Positions 36,770 to 46,902 of a stretch of DNA of 64,000 nucleotides are shown here, piece after piece. The stretch is from Paludibacteraceae bacterium (lineage in GTDB: Bacteria > Bacteroidota > Bacteroidia > Bacteroidales > Paludibacteraceae): assembly GCA_045601045.1 (NCBI GenBank), contig JAZRZA010000045.1, positions 43,415 to 107,414 on the forward strand, given 5' to 3'. The notes below the pieces were generated by a model. That model had not been told where the DNA came from and searched no databases. It worked only from the letters and a program-made list of their open reading frames with translations. The first letter of the stretch is position 1. Every line of letters starts with the position of its first letter. The translations under genes and the position numbers were made by a program.

Positions 36770-37885
36770 ATGAAGGTACTTCATATATGCAACGATCTAT
36801 TTGGATCGCAGGTCCATGCGAATCTCTACCGCCATTTGGCGGCGGACGGTTTGCGGCAGGTGGTCTATGCCCCGATCCGTAAGAGTGTCGCGGCTTCGGA
36901 GAGACTGCTCTCGGAGTCGTCGTTGGTCATTGATCGGATTGTGAAGCCCTACCATCGTTTCCTCTATTTCTTGAAACGGCGAACTATTTATCGCTCCATG
37001 GCGGCCCAGGTGGATCTCTCCGACTGCGATCTCATCCATGCGACCACCCTCTTTTCTGATGGGGGTGTGGCCTATCGGGCCTGCAAGGAGCATCACATCC
37101 CTTACTATGTCACCGTCCGCAACACCGATGTCAACTTTTTCCTTCGGATGATGCCCCATCTTTGGATCACAGGGTGGCATATCTTGCTGCACGCGAAGCG
37201 GATCCTCTTTGTCTCCCCGTCGATGCGGGAACGGTTTGTCAAGAGCTGGGTGATTCGCCCCGTTCTCTCACGCATTCAGGATAAGTTTCTCATCCGACCC
37301 AATGGGGTGGATGACTTTTGGTGCGACCATGTGAGACGGGAGATTACACAGAACCACAAGGTCCTTTTTGTGGGGGAACTCTCAGAGATGAAGAACGTCA
37401 CTCGCTTGATTCGTGCCGTAGCCGATCTTCGGCAAGAGGCCGGATTTGAGGATGTGACGCTGACATTGGTGGGCGGTATGGATCGTTCCACCCCTCGCAT
37501 CCGATCCTTGATTGAGCGGGAAAAAGAGTGGGTGACCTACTTGGGTGTCGTAAAAAATAGGGAGCAACTTTGTGATATCTACAGAGAACATTCTATCTTT
37601 GCCATGCCCTCTCTTTACGAGACCTTCGGACTGGTCTTCGTTGAGGCTCTGTCGCAGAACTTGGCGATCCTTTACACGAAAGGGCAGGGGGTGGATGGCC
37701 TATTTGATCCGACGGTAGGCCGGGGTGTTGACCCTACCTCCGTAGCGGATTTGAGAGAAGCGTTGCGGGATTTGCTGAACCATCGGGAGGCGTACTCCAA
37801 CCGTAGTGTCGATTTTGATGCGTTCCGATGGGGTGCCGTCTCTGATTTTTATGCACGTCTCTACGGTAATGATTTGAAATGTTAA
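36770..37885 (+). CDS. glycosyltransferase family 4 (GT-B)
   Basis: 371 aa. C-terminal motif PSLYETFGLVFVEALSQNLAILYT. It starts 1 nt after the preceding stop. Confidence 0.8.
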   Translation: MKVLHICNDLFGSQVHANLYRHLAADGLRQVVYAPIRKSVAASERLLSESSLVIDRIVKPYHRFLYFLKRRTIYRSMAAQVDLSDCDLIHATTLFSDGGVAYRACKEHHIPYYVTVRNTDVNFFLRMMPHLWITGWHILLHAKRILFVSPSMRERFVKSWVIRPVLSRIQDKFLIRPNGVDDFWCDHVRREITQNHKVLFVGELSEMKNVTRLIRAVADLRQEAGFEDVTLTLVGGMDRSTPRIRSLIEREKEWVTYLGVVKNREQLCDIYREHSIFAMPSLYETFGLVFVEALSQNLAILYTKGQGVDGLFDPTVGRGVDPTSVADLREALRDLLNHREAYSNRSVDFDAFRWGAVSDFYARLYGNDLKC

Positions 37886-37892
37886 TGAGCCT

Positions 37893-38408
37893 ATGCTGTT
37901 AGCGTCCATATATAGACTGACCCATAAGGGTGTAGCGGAGGAGGATATTCCCTACTATTGGAAATACTCTCTTTGGCGGGTGTTCACCATCCCTATCCGA
38001 AAATGGTTTTCCGCTGCCTTCATTCCCTATTTGCCGTGGAACTCGGTACGCATTCTGCTCTACCGCCTATGTGGCTATCAGATTGGCAAGAATGTCTTTA
38101 TCGGCATGCGATGCTATTTGGATGACAAGTGTTACGACCTAATCAAGATAGAGGATGGTGTCTCCATCTCGTACGGTGTCTTTTTCGCCTGTCACGGCAA
38201 GCGTCAGGCACACCATAGACTGACCATTCGACGTGGCGCTTACATCGGCATGCGAGCCACTTTGTTGGCCAAGGAGGATCTTGTGGTCGGAGAGGGTGCC
38301 GTGGTGGGTGCTATGACGCTGGTAAACCGATCAGTCGGGGATGGCGAGACGGTGGTGGGTGTCCCTTGCCGGGTGGTCAAATCAGCGGAAATGGAGGAAA
38401 TGCTATGA
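37893..38408 (+). CDS. hexapeptide-repeat (LbH) O-acetyltransferase
   Basis: 171 aa. Hexapeptide turns IGKNVFIG, IEDGVSIS, IRRGAYIG, VGEGAVVG and VGDGETVVGVP. Confidence 0.8.
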   Translation: MLLASIYRLTHKGVAEEDIPYYWKYSLWRVFTIPIRKWFSAAFIPYLPWNSVRILLYRLCGYQIGKNVFIGMRCYLDDKCYDLIKIEDGVSISYGVFFACHGKRQAHHRLTIRRGAYIGMRATLLAKEDLVVGEGAVVGAMTLVNRSVGDGETVVGVPCRVVKSAEMEEML

Positions 38409-39403
38409 TCAAACTCTCCGTGATATGCCCCGTCTACAACGAGGAGAAATACATAGACCATTGCCTAAAGGAGGGCATCCTCCAGCAAGATTTTCCCCAG
38501 TCGGAGATGGAGATTTTTTTCGTGGATGGCGGAAGCTCTGACCACTCCCGAGAATACTTGGAATCCTACGCCAGCGTTTACCCCTTTATCCATCTTCTCG
38601 ATAACCCCCGACGCATTGTCCCCGTCGCCATGAACCTCGCGCTGGAAAAGGCGCAGGGTGAGGTGATCATCCGTTTAGACGTACATGCCACCTACGCGCC
38701 CAACTATTTCTCCACCTTGGTGCGTCGATTGGAGGAACTGCATGCGGAAAATGTGGGTTGTCCTGTCCAGACAGATGTCCTCCACAAAACACCCAAATCT
38801 TTGGCGATTCGTGAGGTCTTGAGCAACCGGTTGGGTGTGGGAGACTCCCTCTTCCGTTTAGGTGTGGAGGGTGCACGTGAAGTGGATACTGTTCCCTTCG
38901 GCTGTTTCCCACGCTCCATTTTTGAACGCTTCGGTAAGTACGATGAGCGGTTGGTCCGCAACCAAGACATTGAGCTCAACAAACGCATCCTCCGCGGCGG
39001 CGGAAAAATTTATCTCGTCCCAGATACCTCTTGTACCTACTTCGCACGGGAGAACTTCACCGAATTGGCTCGTAACAACTATATGAATGGCAAGTGGAAC
39101 CTTTTGACGGTCTTTTATACCGGAGAGCTTCGTTCGCTCTCTCTCCGCCACTTCATTCCCTTGCTTTTTCTTCTCTCTTGGTTGATGCCTTTGCTCTTGG
39201 GGCTCCTTTTTCCGCCCCTTGTTTGGCTCGCTTTTCTCTCACTTGGACTCTATTTTGTCGTTATTTCTTTTGAATCATTAAAATTATCTTTTCAAAAACG
39301 TCTAAATTTTCTATATTTGCAACTCTCATTTTTCATGCTACACAGTAGCTATGGATTTGGGTCGCTGTTGGGATTGCTCTCTTTCCCTTTTTTGAGAAGA
39401 TAG
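38405..39403 (+). CDS. glycosyltransferase family 2 with C-terminal TM segments
   Basis: LSVICPVYNEEKYI plus FVDGGSSD (DxD region). The ATG at 38405 overlaps the upstream TGA (ATGA). The last ~90 aa are hydrophobic. Confidence 0.85.
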   Translation: MIKLSVICPVYNEEKYIDHCLKEGILQQDFPQSEMEIFFVDGGSSDHSREYLESYASVYPFIHLLDNPRRIVPVAMNLALEKAQGEVIIRLDVHATYAPNYFSTLVRRLEELHAENVGCPVQTDVLHKTPKSLAIREVLSNRLGVGDSLFRLGVEGAREVDTVPFGCFPRSIFERFGKYDERLVRNQDIELNKRILRGGGKIYLVPDTSCTYFARENFTELARNNYMNGKWNLLTVFYTGELRSLSLRHFIPLLFLLSWLMPLLLGLLFPPLVWLAFLSLGLYFVVISFESLKLSFQKRLNFLYLQLSFFMLHSSYGFGSLLGLLSFPFLRR

Positions 39404-39406
39404 ATA

Positions 39407-40021
39407 ATGGTAAAGCATATCAAGTTTATATTGGACCGTGTATTGGCCTTGGTGGGCATTTTGCTCATTTGGCCCTTCTGTGTCTTGATCGCGATTGTCC
39501 TGAAACTTTCGGACGGTGGCGATGTCTTTTTTTCTCAGAAGCGGGTGGGAAGGAATGGCGAACTTTTCAACATCTACAAGTTCCGCACTATGGTTCCAGA
39601 TGCCGAAGGGCCTTCTGTCACGGTAATGGGCGAGAGTAGGATCACTCCTTTTGGCGCATTCCTAAGACAATATAAGTTGGATGAGATACCGCAACTTTGG
39701 AATGTTTTGCGGGGCGACATGAGTTTTGTGGGACCACGTCCAGATGTGCCTGGTTATGCGGATCTATTGCAGGGGGAGGATCGCAAGATTCTCGAGCTTT
39801 TGCCTGGCATCACGGGTCCCGCCTCTTTGAAGTACCGCAACGAAGAGGCTTTGTTAGCCTCTGTCTCTGATCCAATCATTTATAACGACAATGTGATCTA
39901 TCCGGATAAGGTAAGGATTAATCTTTACTATTACCATCACTATTCTATTTGGATGGATGCTAAAATCATGATGGCCACTTTGCTGAATTTGCCGATGACC
40001 TATCACGGGGAGCGAATCTAA
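39407..40021 (+). CDS. small monotopic phosphoglycosyl transferase (bacterial sugar transferase, PglC/WcaJ C-domain type); initiating enzyme
   Basis: 204 aa. One re-entrant helix, then KRVG..G..F.IYKFRTM...A and DEIPQLWNVLRGDMSFVGPRP. Confidence 0.9.
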   Translation: MVKHIKFILDRVLALVGILLIWPFCVLIAIVLKLSDGGDVFFSQKRVGRNGELFNIYKFRTMVPDAEGPSVTVMGESRITPFGAFLRQYKLDEIPQLWNVLRGDMSFVGPRPDVPGYADLLQGEDRKILELLPGITGPASLKYRNEEALLASVSDPIIYNDNVIYPDKVRINLYYYHHYSIWMDAKIMMATLLNLPMTYHGERI

Positions 40022-40025
40022 TTTT

Positions 40026-41069
40026 ATGATGGAGATACTATATCCTTTGTTATTCGAACAAGACCTTCATGAGTTGGTTTGGGGCGGTAAGCGCCTGAAG
40101 CCTTTCAAAGGTATGCCTGCCGACGAGAACGATAAGATCGGTGAGAGTTGGGAGGTGAGTGCCGTGAAGGGTAGGGAGTCTGTTGTGGCGAATGGCCCTC
40201 TTAAGGGGAAACACCTCGATGAGCTGATCTCCACCTACAAGGAGTTGCTCTTAGGCAAGAAGGTGAAGGCAATGTATGGTGAGACTTTCCCGCTTTTGGT
40301 GAAGTTCATCGATGCGGAGCGTGACCTCTCCATTCAGGTGCATCCCAACAATGATTTGGCCAGGGAACGTCATGGCTGTTTCGGTAAGACGGAGATGTGG
40401 TATGTGATGGATGCCGCTCCTGGCGCGAAGCTCTATTGTGGTTTTGATTCCCAAATCTCCAAGTATGAGTATGGCAAGCGGGTGGAGGACCACTCCTTGT
40501 GTGAGGTGTTGCGTGAGTATCCGATCCAGAGGGGTGATGTCTTTTATATTCCGGCCGGACGGGTTCATGCGATCTGTGGCGGTTCTTTGATCGCTGAAGT
40601 GCAGCAGAGTAGTGATATCACTTATCGCATATTCGATTATGGTCGTCTGGGATTGGATGGGAAGCCTCGTGAACTCCACACGGAGTTGGCGAAAGATGCG
40701 ATCGATTTCACCGTGGAGGATGATTATAAGACCAATTATAGCCCGCAGATCAACAAGCCGGTCGCTATCTCCGAATCGCCCTTCTTCACAGTGAAGATTT
40801 TGGAGGTGAACAGGGAATTCCATCGTAAGTTGTTTAAGTACGACTCTTTTATCATCTATATGTGTTTGGAGGGTGATTGTTGTATTCGTGTCTTGTCTAC
40901 CCAAGGATTTGATGGCGAATTGCCTCTCTTCCGCGAGATCTTTTTGTCAAAGGGTAATAGTTGCTTGGTGCCAGCCTCAGTGGCGGATTTTGTGGTGATG
41001 CCTTTGAATAGCAATCGCCAGACTCAGCTGTTGGAGGTCTATATTGATAATAAGAATTTTAATAAGTAA
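40026..41069 (+). CDS. manA: class I mannose-6-phosphate isomerase
   Basis: 347 aa. Motifs GESWEVS, LSIQVHPN, GKTEMWYV and IPAGRVHAI (cupin metal ligands). Confidence 0.85.
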   Translation: MMEILYPLLFEQDLHELVWGGKRLKPFKGMPADENDKIGESWEVSAVKGRESVVANGPLKGKHLDELISTYKELLLGKKVKAMYGETFPLLVKFIDAERDLSIQVHPNNDLARERHGCFGKTEMWYVMDAAPGAKLYCGFDSQISKYEYGKRVEDHSLCEVLREYPIQRGDVFYIPAGRVHAICGGSLIAEVQQSSDITYRIFDYGRLGLDGKPRELHTELAKDAIDFTVEDDYKTNYSPQINKPVAISESPFFTVKILEVNREFHRKLFKYDSFIIYMCLEGDCCIRVLSTQGFDGELPLFREIFLSKGNSCLVPASVADFVVMPLNSNRQTQLLEVYIDNKNFNK

Positions 41070-41094
41070 CTTTTCTATATTCTTGCCTAAATCA

Positions 41095-42228
41095 ATGACT
41101 ATAGTAAGAAAAATCCTTTTCGCGCTCATGCTATTGCCCCTTTGTGTGGGTTGTTCTTCGGTTAAAAAGAAAATTTTGAAGAGCGATGAATCGAAAAACG
41201 AGGAAACGCTTGATGAGAGCGTTCGGGTATCCGATTATGTGTTGATACCCCAAGATGTACTCATGGACGTTGCGGAATACTCCTTCCTTAATTGGTACAA
41301 CTGTTGCTACAATATATCATCTGTGAACCATAGAAAGAATGAATTCCATCTGTCTAAGGAGGTGAAGTCAATTTATTCTAAAGGCTTTGGCAAGTGCTTT
41401 GAATTCAATAAAATAGGTATGGTCTCCAAGATTGTCGTCAACCCAGAAGGGGACGGCGTACATGATACAATTGTGCCTGATATTCATCCTCGTAAGAAAG
41501 GGATTTTTTATAAAATCAGTGATAGTCAGGGAAATGTTATCCATGAAAATATTTATAATAACTTGGGCCAATTTGTTCAAAATAAGTATGGCGACTACTT
41601 CGAATATGATGCCTTGGGTAGGGCGACGAAGATCGTTAGAGATGGCGCCTGCTCGACATTTGATTATCTGGATAACAAAGAGGTGGCCTATTCCAAATAT
41701 GCGGATACTACGAAGAACAGTTTAGTGGAGTATATCCATTTTGATCGTTTCGGCTTTCCGGACACGGTCTTCAATAAATGGAACGGCCCCCAAAGAATTA
41801 TCTCTCGATATGATACTTTCCCTTCTGGTGCGATCAAAAGCAAGGAGATTTTGAATAACAAGGCAGGAAGTGTGGGTGTAAACGAGACCACAATCGTAAA
41901 ATTCACTTTCAATAAAAATGGAGATATCCTTACTTTAAGTCGCAAGAACTACGACAACTATCAAAAAAAATACTCCGATAATGAAATGATTTATAGTTGG
42001 TTATACGACAAAGAAGGTAAACTTGTTGAGTGTAATAAAGAAGGCAGAAAGTTCCTATATCGTTATCATGGCAATGGTAAACGCTCAGATGTAAAAGAGT
42101 ATGAGGGGGCTCATCTCTGTAAGGAGGTGACTTATGATCTCTATGGTAACGAGCTGAAGAAGATCATTTATAATAACTCGGACGATATAGTTAATGAGGA
42201 GGATTTCGAATATACCTATTTCCAATAG
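41095..42228 (+). CDS. lipoprotein built of YD/RHS-like (or YwqK-like) beta-hairpin repeats
   Basis: Lipobox LLPLCVGC. Recurrent Y.YD..G....-type units: FEYDALGRATKIV, FDYLDNKEVAY, WLYDKEGKLVEC, YRYHGNGKRSDV, VTYDLYGNELKK. The ATG at 41095 is preferred over the TTG at 41044. Confidence 0.6.
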   Translation: MTIVRKILFALMLLPLCVGCSSVKKKILKSDESKNEETLDESVRVSDYVLIPQDVLMDVAEYSFLNWYNCCYNISSVNHRKNEFHLSKEVKSIYSKGFGKCFEFNKIGMVSKIVVNPEGDGVHDTIVPDIHPRKKGIFYKISDSQGNVIHENIYNNLGQFVQNKYGDYFEYDALGRATKIVRDGACSTFDYLDNKEVAYSKYADTTKNSLVEYIHFDRFGFPDTVFNKWNGPQRIISRYDTFPSGAIKSKEILNNKAGSVGVNETTIVKFTFNKNGDILTLSRKNYDNYQKKYSDNEMIYSWLYDKEGKLVECNKEGRKFLYRYHGNGKRSDVKEYEGAHLCKEVTYDLYGNELKKIIYNNSDDIVNEEDFEYTYFQ

Positions 42229-42268
42229 TTTTTTCCTGTTCTAGCGCTCTCGTTGCCTTCTGCTTGGG

Positions 42269-42344
42269 GAAAGAAATTCAATTTCTTTCACGATTATGTG
42301 GAAATTGTGAAAAAATATTGAAAGAAATAAAGAAAAAATATTGA
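42269..42344. promoter_or_regulatory. 21-bp perfect palindrome plus two 13-bp direct repeats upstream of the MORN gene
   Basis: The palindrome GAAAGAAATT-C-AATTTCTTTC is at 42269-42289. GAAAAAATATTGA occurs at 42309-42321 and again at 42332-42344, a 23-bp period. Confidence 0.3.
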
Positions 42345-42412
42345 TTTTGTTGTTGTTTATATAATAATTAGTATATTCGCGGTAGTAAAAAATCAAAAAG
42401 GAACGGATAAAC

Positions 42413-42883
42413 ATGAAAGCAAAAATTTTGGCGGTAGTCGCAATCCTTGCTCTAACTGGTATTCAAGCAAATGCTCAATGCAAGGGAAAATGCAGAAACG
42501 GTTTCGGTACATTCACCTTTGAGAGTGGTGAAACTTATACTGGCAACTTTGTTGATGGAAAGTTCGAGGGTAAGGGTGTATACAAGTTCAAGTCTGGTTC
42601 CGTATATGAGGGTGAATACAAGGCTGGTATTCGTGAAGGACAGGGTAAGTTCACTTATCCAACTGGTGACGTTTACCAAGGTCCTTTCGTGAATGGTAAA
42701 CCAGAGGGCGAAGGTGTATATAAGTACGCTAATGGCGATAAGTACGAAGGTGAGTTCAAGAATGGTAAGAAGCACGGTAATGGTGTTTATACCTTTGCGA
42801 GCGGTACTAAGCAAACTGGCGTTTTTGAGGATGGTGATATCATCGAGGAGATCAGCATCGAGCGCCCAAGAAAGAATAGTTAA
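42413..42883 (+). CDS. secreted MORN-repeat protein
   Basis: Signal peptide MKAKILAVVAILALTGIQANA. There are ~5 consecutive MORN units (YTGNFVDGKFEGKGVY, YEGEYKAGIREGQGKF, YQGPFVNGKPEGEGVY, YEGEFKNGKKHGNGVY...). Confidence 0.85.
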   Translation: MKAKILAVVAILALTGIQANAQCKGKCRNGFGTFTFESGETYTGNFVDGKFEGKGVYKFKSGSVYEGEYKAGIREGQGKFTYPTGDVYQGPFVNGKPEGEGVYKYANGDKYEGEFKNGKKHGNGVYTFASGTKQTGVFEDGDIIEEISIERPRKNS

Positions 42884-42938
42884 TTTTTGAATATAACATT
42901 TATAAAGGACATTCCTAATGGGATGTCCTTTTTTGTTG

Positions 42939-43883
42939 ATGCCTATGAAGCCCCAATCCATTCTCTTTATTGCGCTGACAGCTGTCATCCTCTCTTGCTC
43001 GAAGATAGAGGAACGGTTTGTGCCTACCAACGACTCCTTGGATGTTACCCACTCATCTTCTCCGGTATTGTTGTCGGATTCTTTGGTTGCGGAAACTATC
43101 GCCAAGAGCATCTCTCCTGATTCGGTGCGTTTGATCATCGAATTATTCGATGCCAATGGTGCTCCCTTGAATACACCTATGCCTGTGACCTTCGTGGATG
43201 ATTCTTATTCAGAAGAGTTGCTTAGTGACGGGATGGGAACCATTGAGCGTTTGGTTCATCGAAATCATACCATCTCTTTACTCTATGGAGATGAGGTGGT
43301 TACTACCTATTTCGATATGAAGGGAGGTGAGGAATTGAATGATCATATCCGTTTGAATATCCTGCCGATGCGGGGGCGTATCATGGATCAAACGGGTTTG
43401 CCTCATAAGCAGATGCCTGTTCATGTCCATTACAGATATGGCAAAAAGGATCGGACGATGGCTTGTGAAAAGGATTTGATGTTCCGTACCGACTCGTCGG
43501 GTTATTACCGCACCTATGTTTCCGCTGATTTTTACAGTATGGTTTTTCGCTCTTGTGGCTTCTCCTTTGGTGTGGTATCCCATAAAGAATTTAAGGCTTA
43601 TCCTAAGCAGAATTTCATTTTCGATCCTTTCGATGTGGAAAACCGATGTGCCTATAATGTGCCTCGTCATGATTATTTCCTGGAAATTCCCTTCTCCTCA
43701 GACGGTTATACAGAGAGCGTCAAGGTCCGTGAGTGGGACTCCTTCTTTGCGATGGACGAGATACTGGAATCTTCTGAATATACCAAATTGAGGGTGGTTT
43801 TCCCTCATCGTTCCTACTCTTATAAATTAAAAAAGAAGGGTGGCGCTTTTAGGGCACCGGTAATCAAAGTGTGTATAAAGTAA
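42939..43883 (+). CDS. lipoprotein of unknown function with a CarboxypepD_reg-like beta-sandwich segment
   Basis: Lipobox TAVILSC. The segment MRGRIMDQTGLPHKQMPVHV....TDSSGYYRTYV resembles carboxypeptidase-regulatory-like domains. The start is uncertain (42918, 42939 or 42945). Confidence 0.5.
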   Translation: MPMKPQSILFIALTAVILSCSKIEERFVPTNDSLDVTHSSSPVLLSDSLVAETIAKSISPDSVRLIIELFDANGAPLNTPMPVTFVDDSYSEELLSDGMGTIERLVHRNHTISLLYGDEVVTTYFDMKGGEELNDHIRLNILPMRGRIMDQTGLPHKQMPVHVHYRYGKKDRTMACEKDLMFRTDSSGYYRTYVSADFYSMVFRSCGFSFGVVSHKEFKAYPKQNFIFDPFDVENRCAYNVPRHDYFLEIPFSSDGYTESVKVREWDSFFAMDEILESSEYTKLRVVFPHRSYSYKLKKKGGAFRAPVIKVCIK

Positions 43884-43890
43884 GATTCCC

Positions 43891-45030
43891 TTACGGATTG
43901 TACCTTGATCCATTCAGAATAATTTGAGCGTCATCTTGCGCGACAAGATCCTTTAAGGTCATCTTAGGGTTGTTCTCCATGTACTTGGATACGATTTGCC
44001 AACCTAACCAAACTGCGGCCCGTCCCGGAGCGTTGTACTCTTTTACAGTCTCTCCTGTTTTTATCGTCGTTGAAAAATACTTGGTGGCTGGAGACATGAT
44101 GATGAAATCAGTGATTGTCTTATTGTCTGTGCTGAAAAGAAGATTGTTTTCCCTTAAATAGTTCCACATCTTCTTCTCGTTCTTTACACACCATTCCCAA
44201 TCGTTTTCGGAGTATCCCATCACTTCCCGTTGCGATTTGTTTTGCATGATTGCGTCTGTGACGTAGAGCATCTTTCCGTAATAGATGAGATGATCGAGCA
44301 AATTGCCGGCCTCTTTGGTCAGAGGAAACTGCTCGTAGTTGCATAGAAGAATGGCGTCGGTGACAATCTTTTCCCTTTTTAGATTCGGAATTTGGTAATC
44401 GTATATGCCTGGGACATATCGGTAATGGGCGTAGTCCGCACCAAGAAAGTATTCCAAAGATACATATAACGTGTTGAGAGAGTTGTCGTCGAAAGAGAGG
44501 TCCTCTCCGAAGCCTGAAAACATTAAATGGATGTTCTCCGGTATTTCGTAAGATGGGAAGAATTGACGCGCGCGAGAGAAAGATTTGATGAATTCCTCTT
44601 TGATGTCGTCATCCTTTTCAAATCTCGCTAAACACTCGCAGAAGATGTCGTGGTATGCTTCGTGTGATAGGAATAGATAAAAGAGTGTCTCGTAGGGAAT
44701 GTCGTACCCGGAAGACATTTCTCCCAACATCATCATGTAGTGTTTGAATTGGGTAGGATATTGCGATTGTATCGCGCTTATCTTCTCTCTAAGGCACAAT
44801 GAGTCGTCGTCTGGTATGTTTACCTTCAAAAGGTCGTAATCTCCTCTTATGGCAGGTTTTGTGATGCAACTATCCAACCCAAAGATGGTGCGGTCAAAAC
44901 GTACGAAGTTTATTTGGACTGATTGAGGATCTTTGGTCGCCTCGTCCTTGAACCGATTGTGCTGTTTATCGCATGCGGTAAGAAGAGTGGTGATGCCCAA
45001 TGCTATTCCCCATAATAATGATTTCTTCAT
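43891..45030 (-). CDS. gldB: GldB-like gliding/T9SS-associated lipoprotein (DUF2268-type, contains HExxH)
   Basis: 379 aa. Lipobox TTLLTAC. N-terminal VRFDRTIF and C-terminal PGRAAVWLGWQIVSKYMENNP match my memory of Flavobacterium GldB (RFD..FF ... GWQIV..YMENN). HEAYH is at aa 123-127. Confidence 0.6.
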   Translation of the reverse strand: MKKSLLWGIALGITTLLTACDKQHNRFKDEATKDPQSVQINFVRFDRTIFGLDSCITKPAIRGDYDLLKVNIPDDDSLCLREKISAIQSQYPTQFKHYMMMLGEMSSGYDIPYETLFYLFLSHEAYHDIFCECLARFEKDDDIKEEFIKSFSRARQFFPSYEIPENIHLMFSGFGEDLSFDDNSLNTLYVSLEYFLGADYAHYRYVPGIYDYQIPNLKREKIVTDAILLCNYEQFPLTKEAGNLLDHLIYYGKMLYVTDAIMQNKSQREVMGYSENDWEWCVKNEKKMWNYLRENNLLFSTDNKTITDFIIMSPATKYFSTTIKTGETVKEYNAPGRAAVWLGWQIVSKYMENNPKMTLKDLVAQDDAQIILNGSRYNP

Positions 45031-45049
45031 TTCCTATCCTCTGATTTCG

Positions 45050-45077
45050 AAAAGAGGAGGCGTTGTTACGTCTCCTC
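45050..45077 (-). terminator. weak terminator-like hairpin between the ABC-F gene and gldB
   Basis: GAGGAGGCG-N6-CGTCTCCTC has 9 bp with one mismatch when read on the minus strand, and a short T-run (TTTT) follows on the minus strand. Confidence 0.3.
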
Positions 45078-45102
45078 CTCTCCTTGTTTTTATCGTAAAT
45101 GA

Positions 45103-46728
<1,626 letters not shown>

Positions 46729-46902
46729 TTATATCTAATTGTTTCTCTTTTGATTATTATCCTATGTGATTTCTCCTTGCAAAGATAGTCATTTTATTCT
46801 CTATTCTCAAATTTATTGTATGGTCAAATTTATTCCCGCCAAGCGTCTTGAATTGAGCCTTTTATTTGTAATTTTGTACGTTGTATTAAGATATTAAAAT
46901 TT

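Noticed and set aside
42452-43156. 234-aa minus-strand ORF spanning the MORN gene, the intergenic spacer and the start of the next gene.
   Set aside because: It is antisense to two plus-strand genes that have signal peptides and clear repeat structure. Its own translation is low-complexity (T/L/I/S-rich) and reflects the periodic MORN codons.
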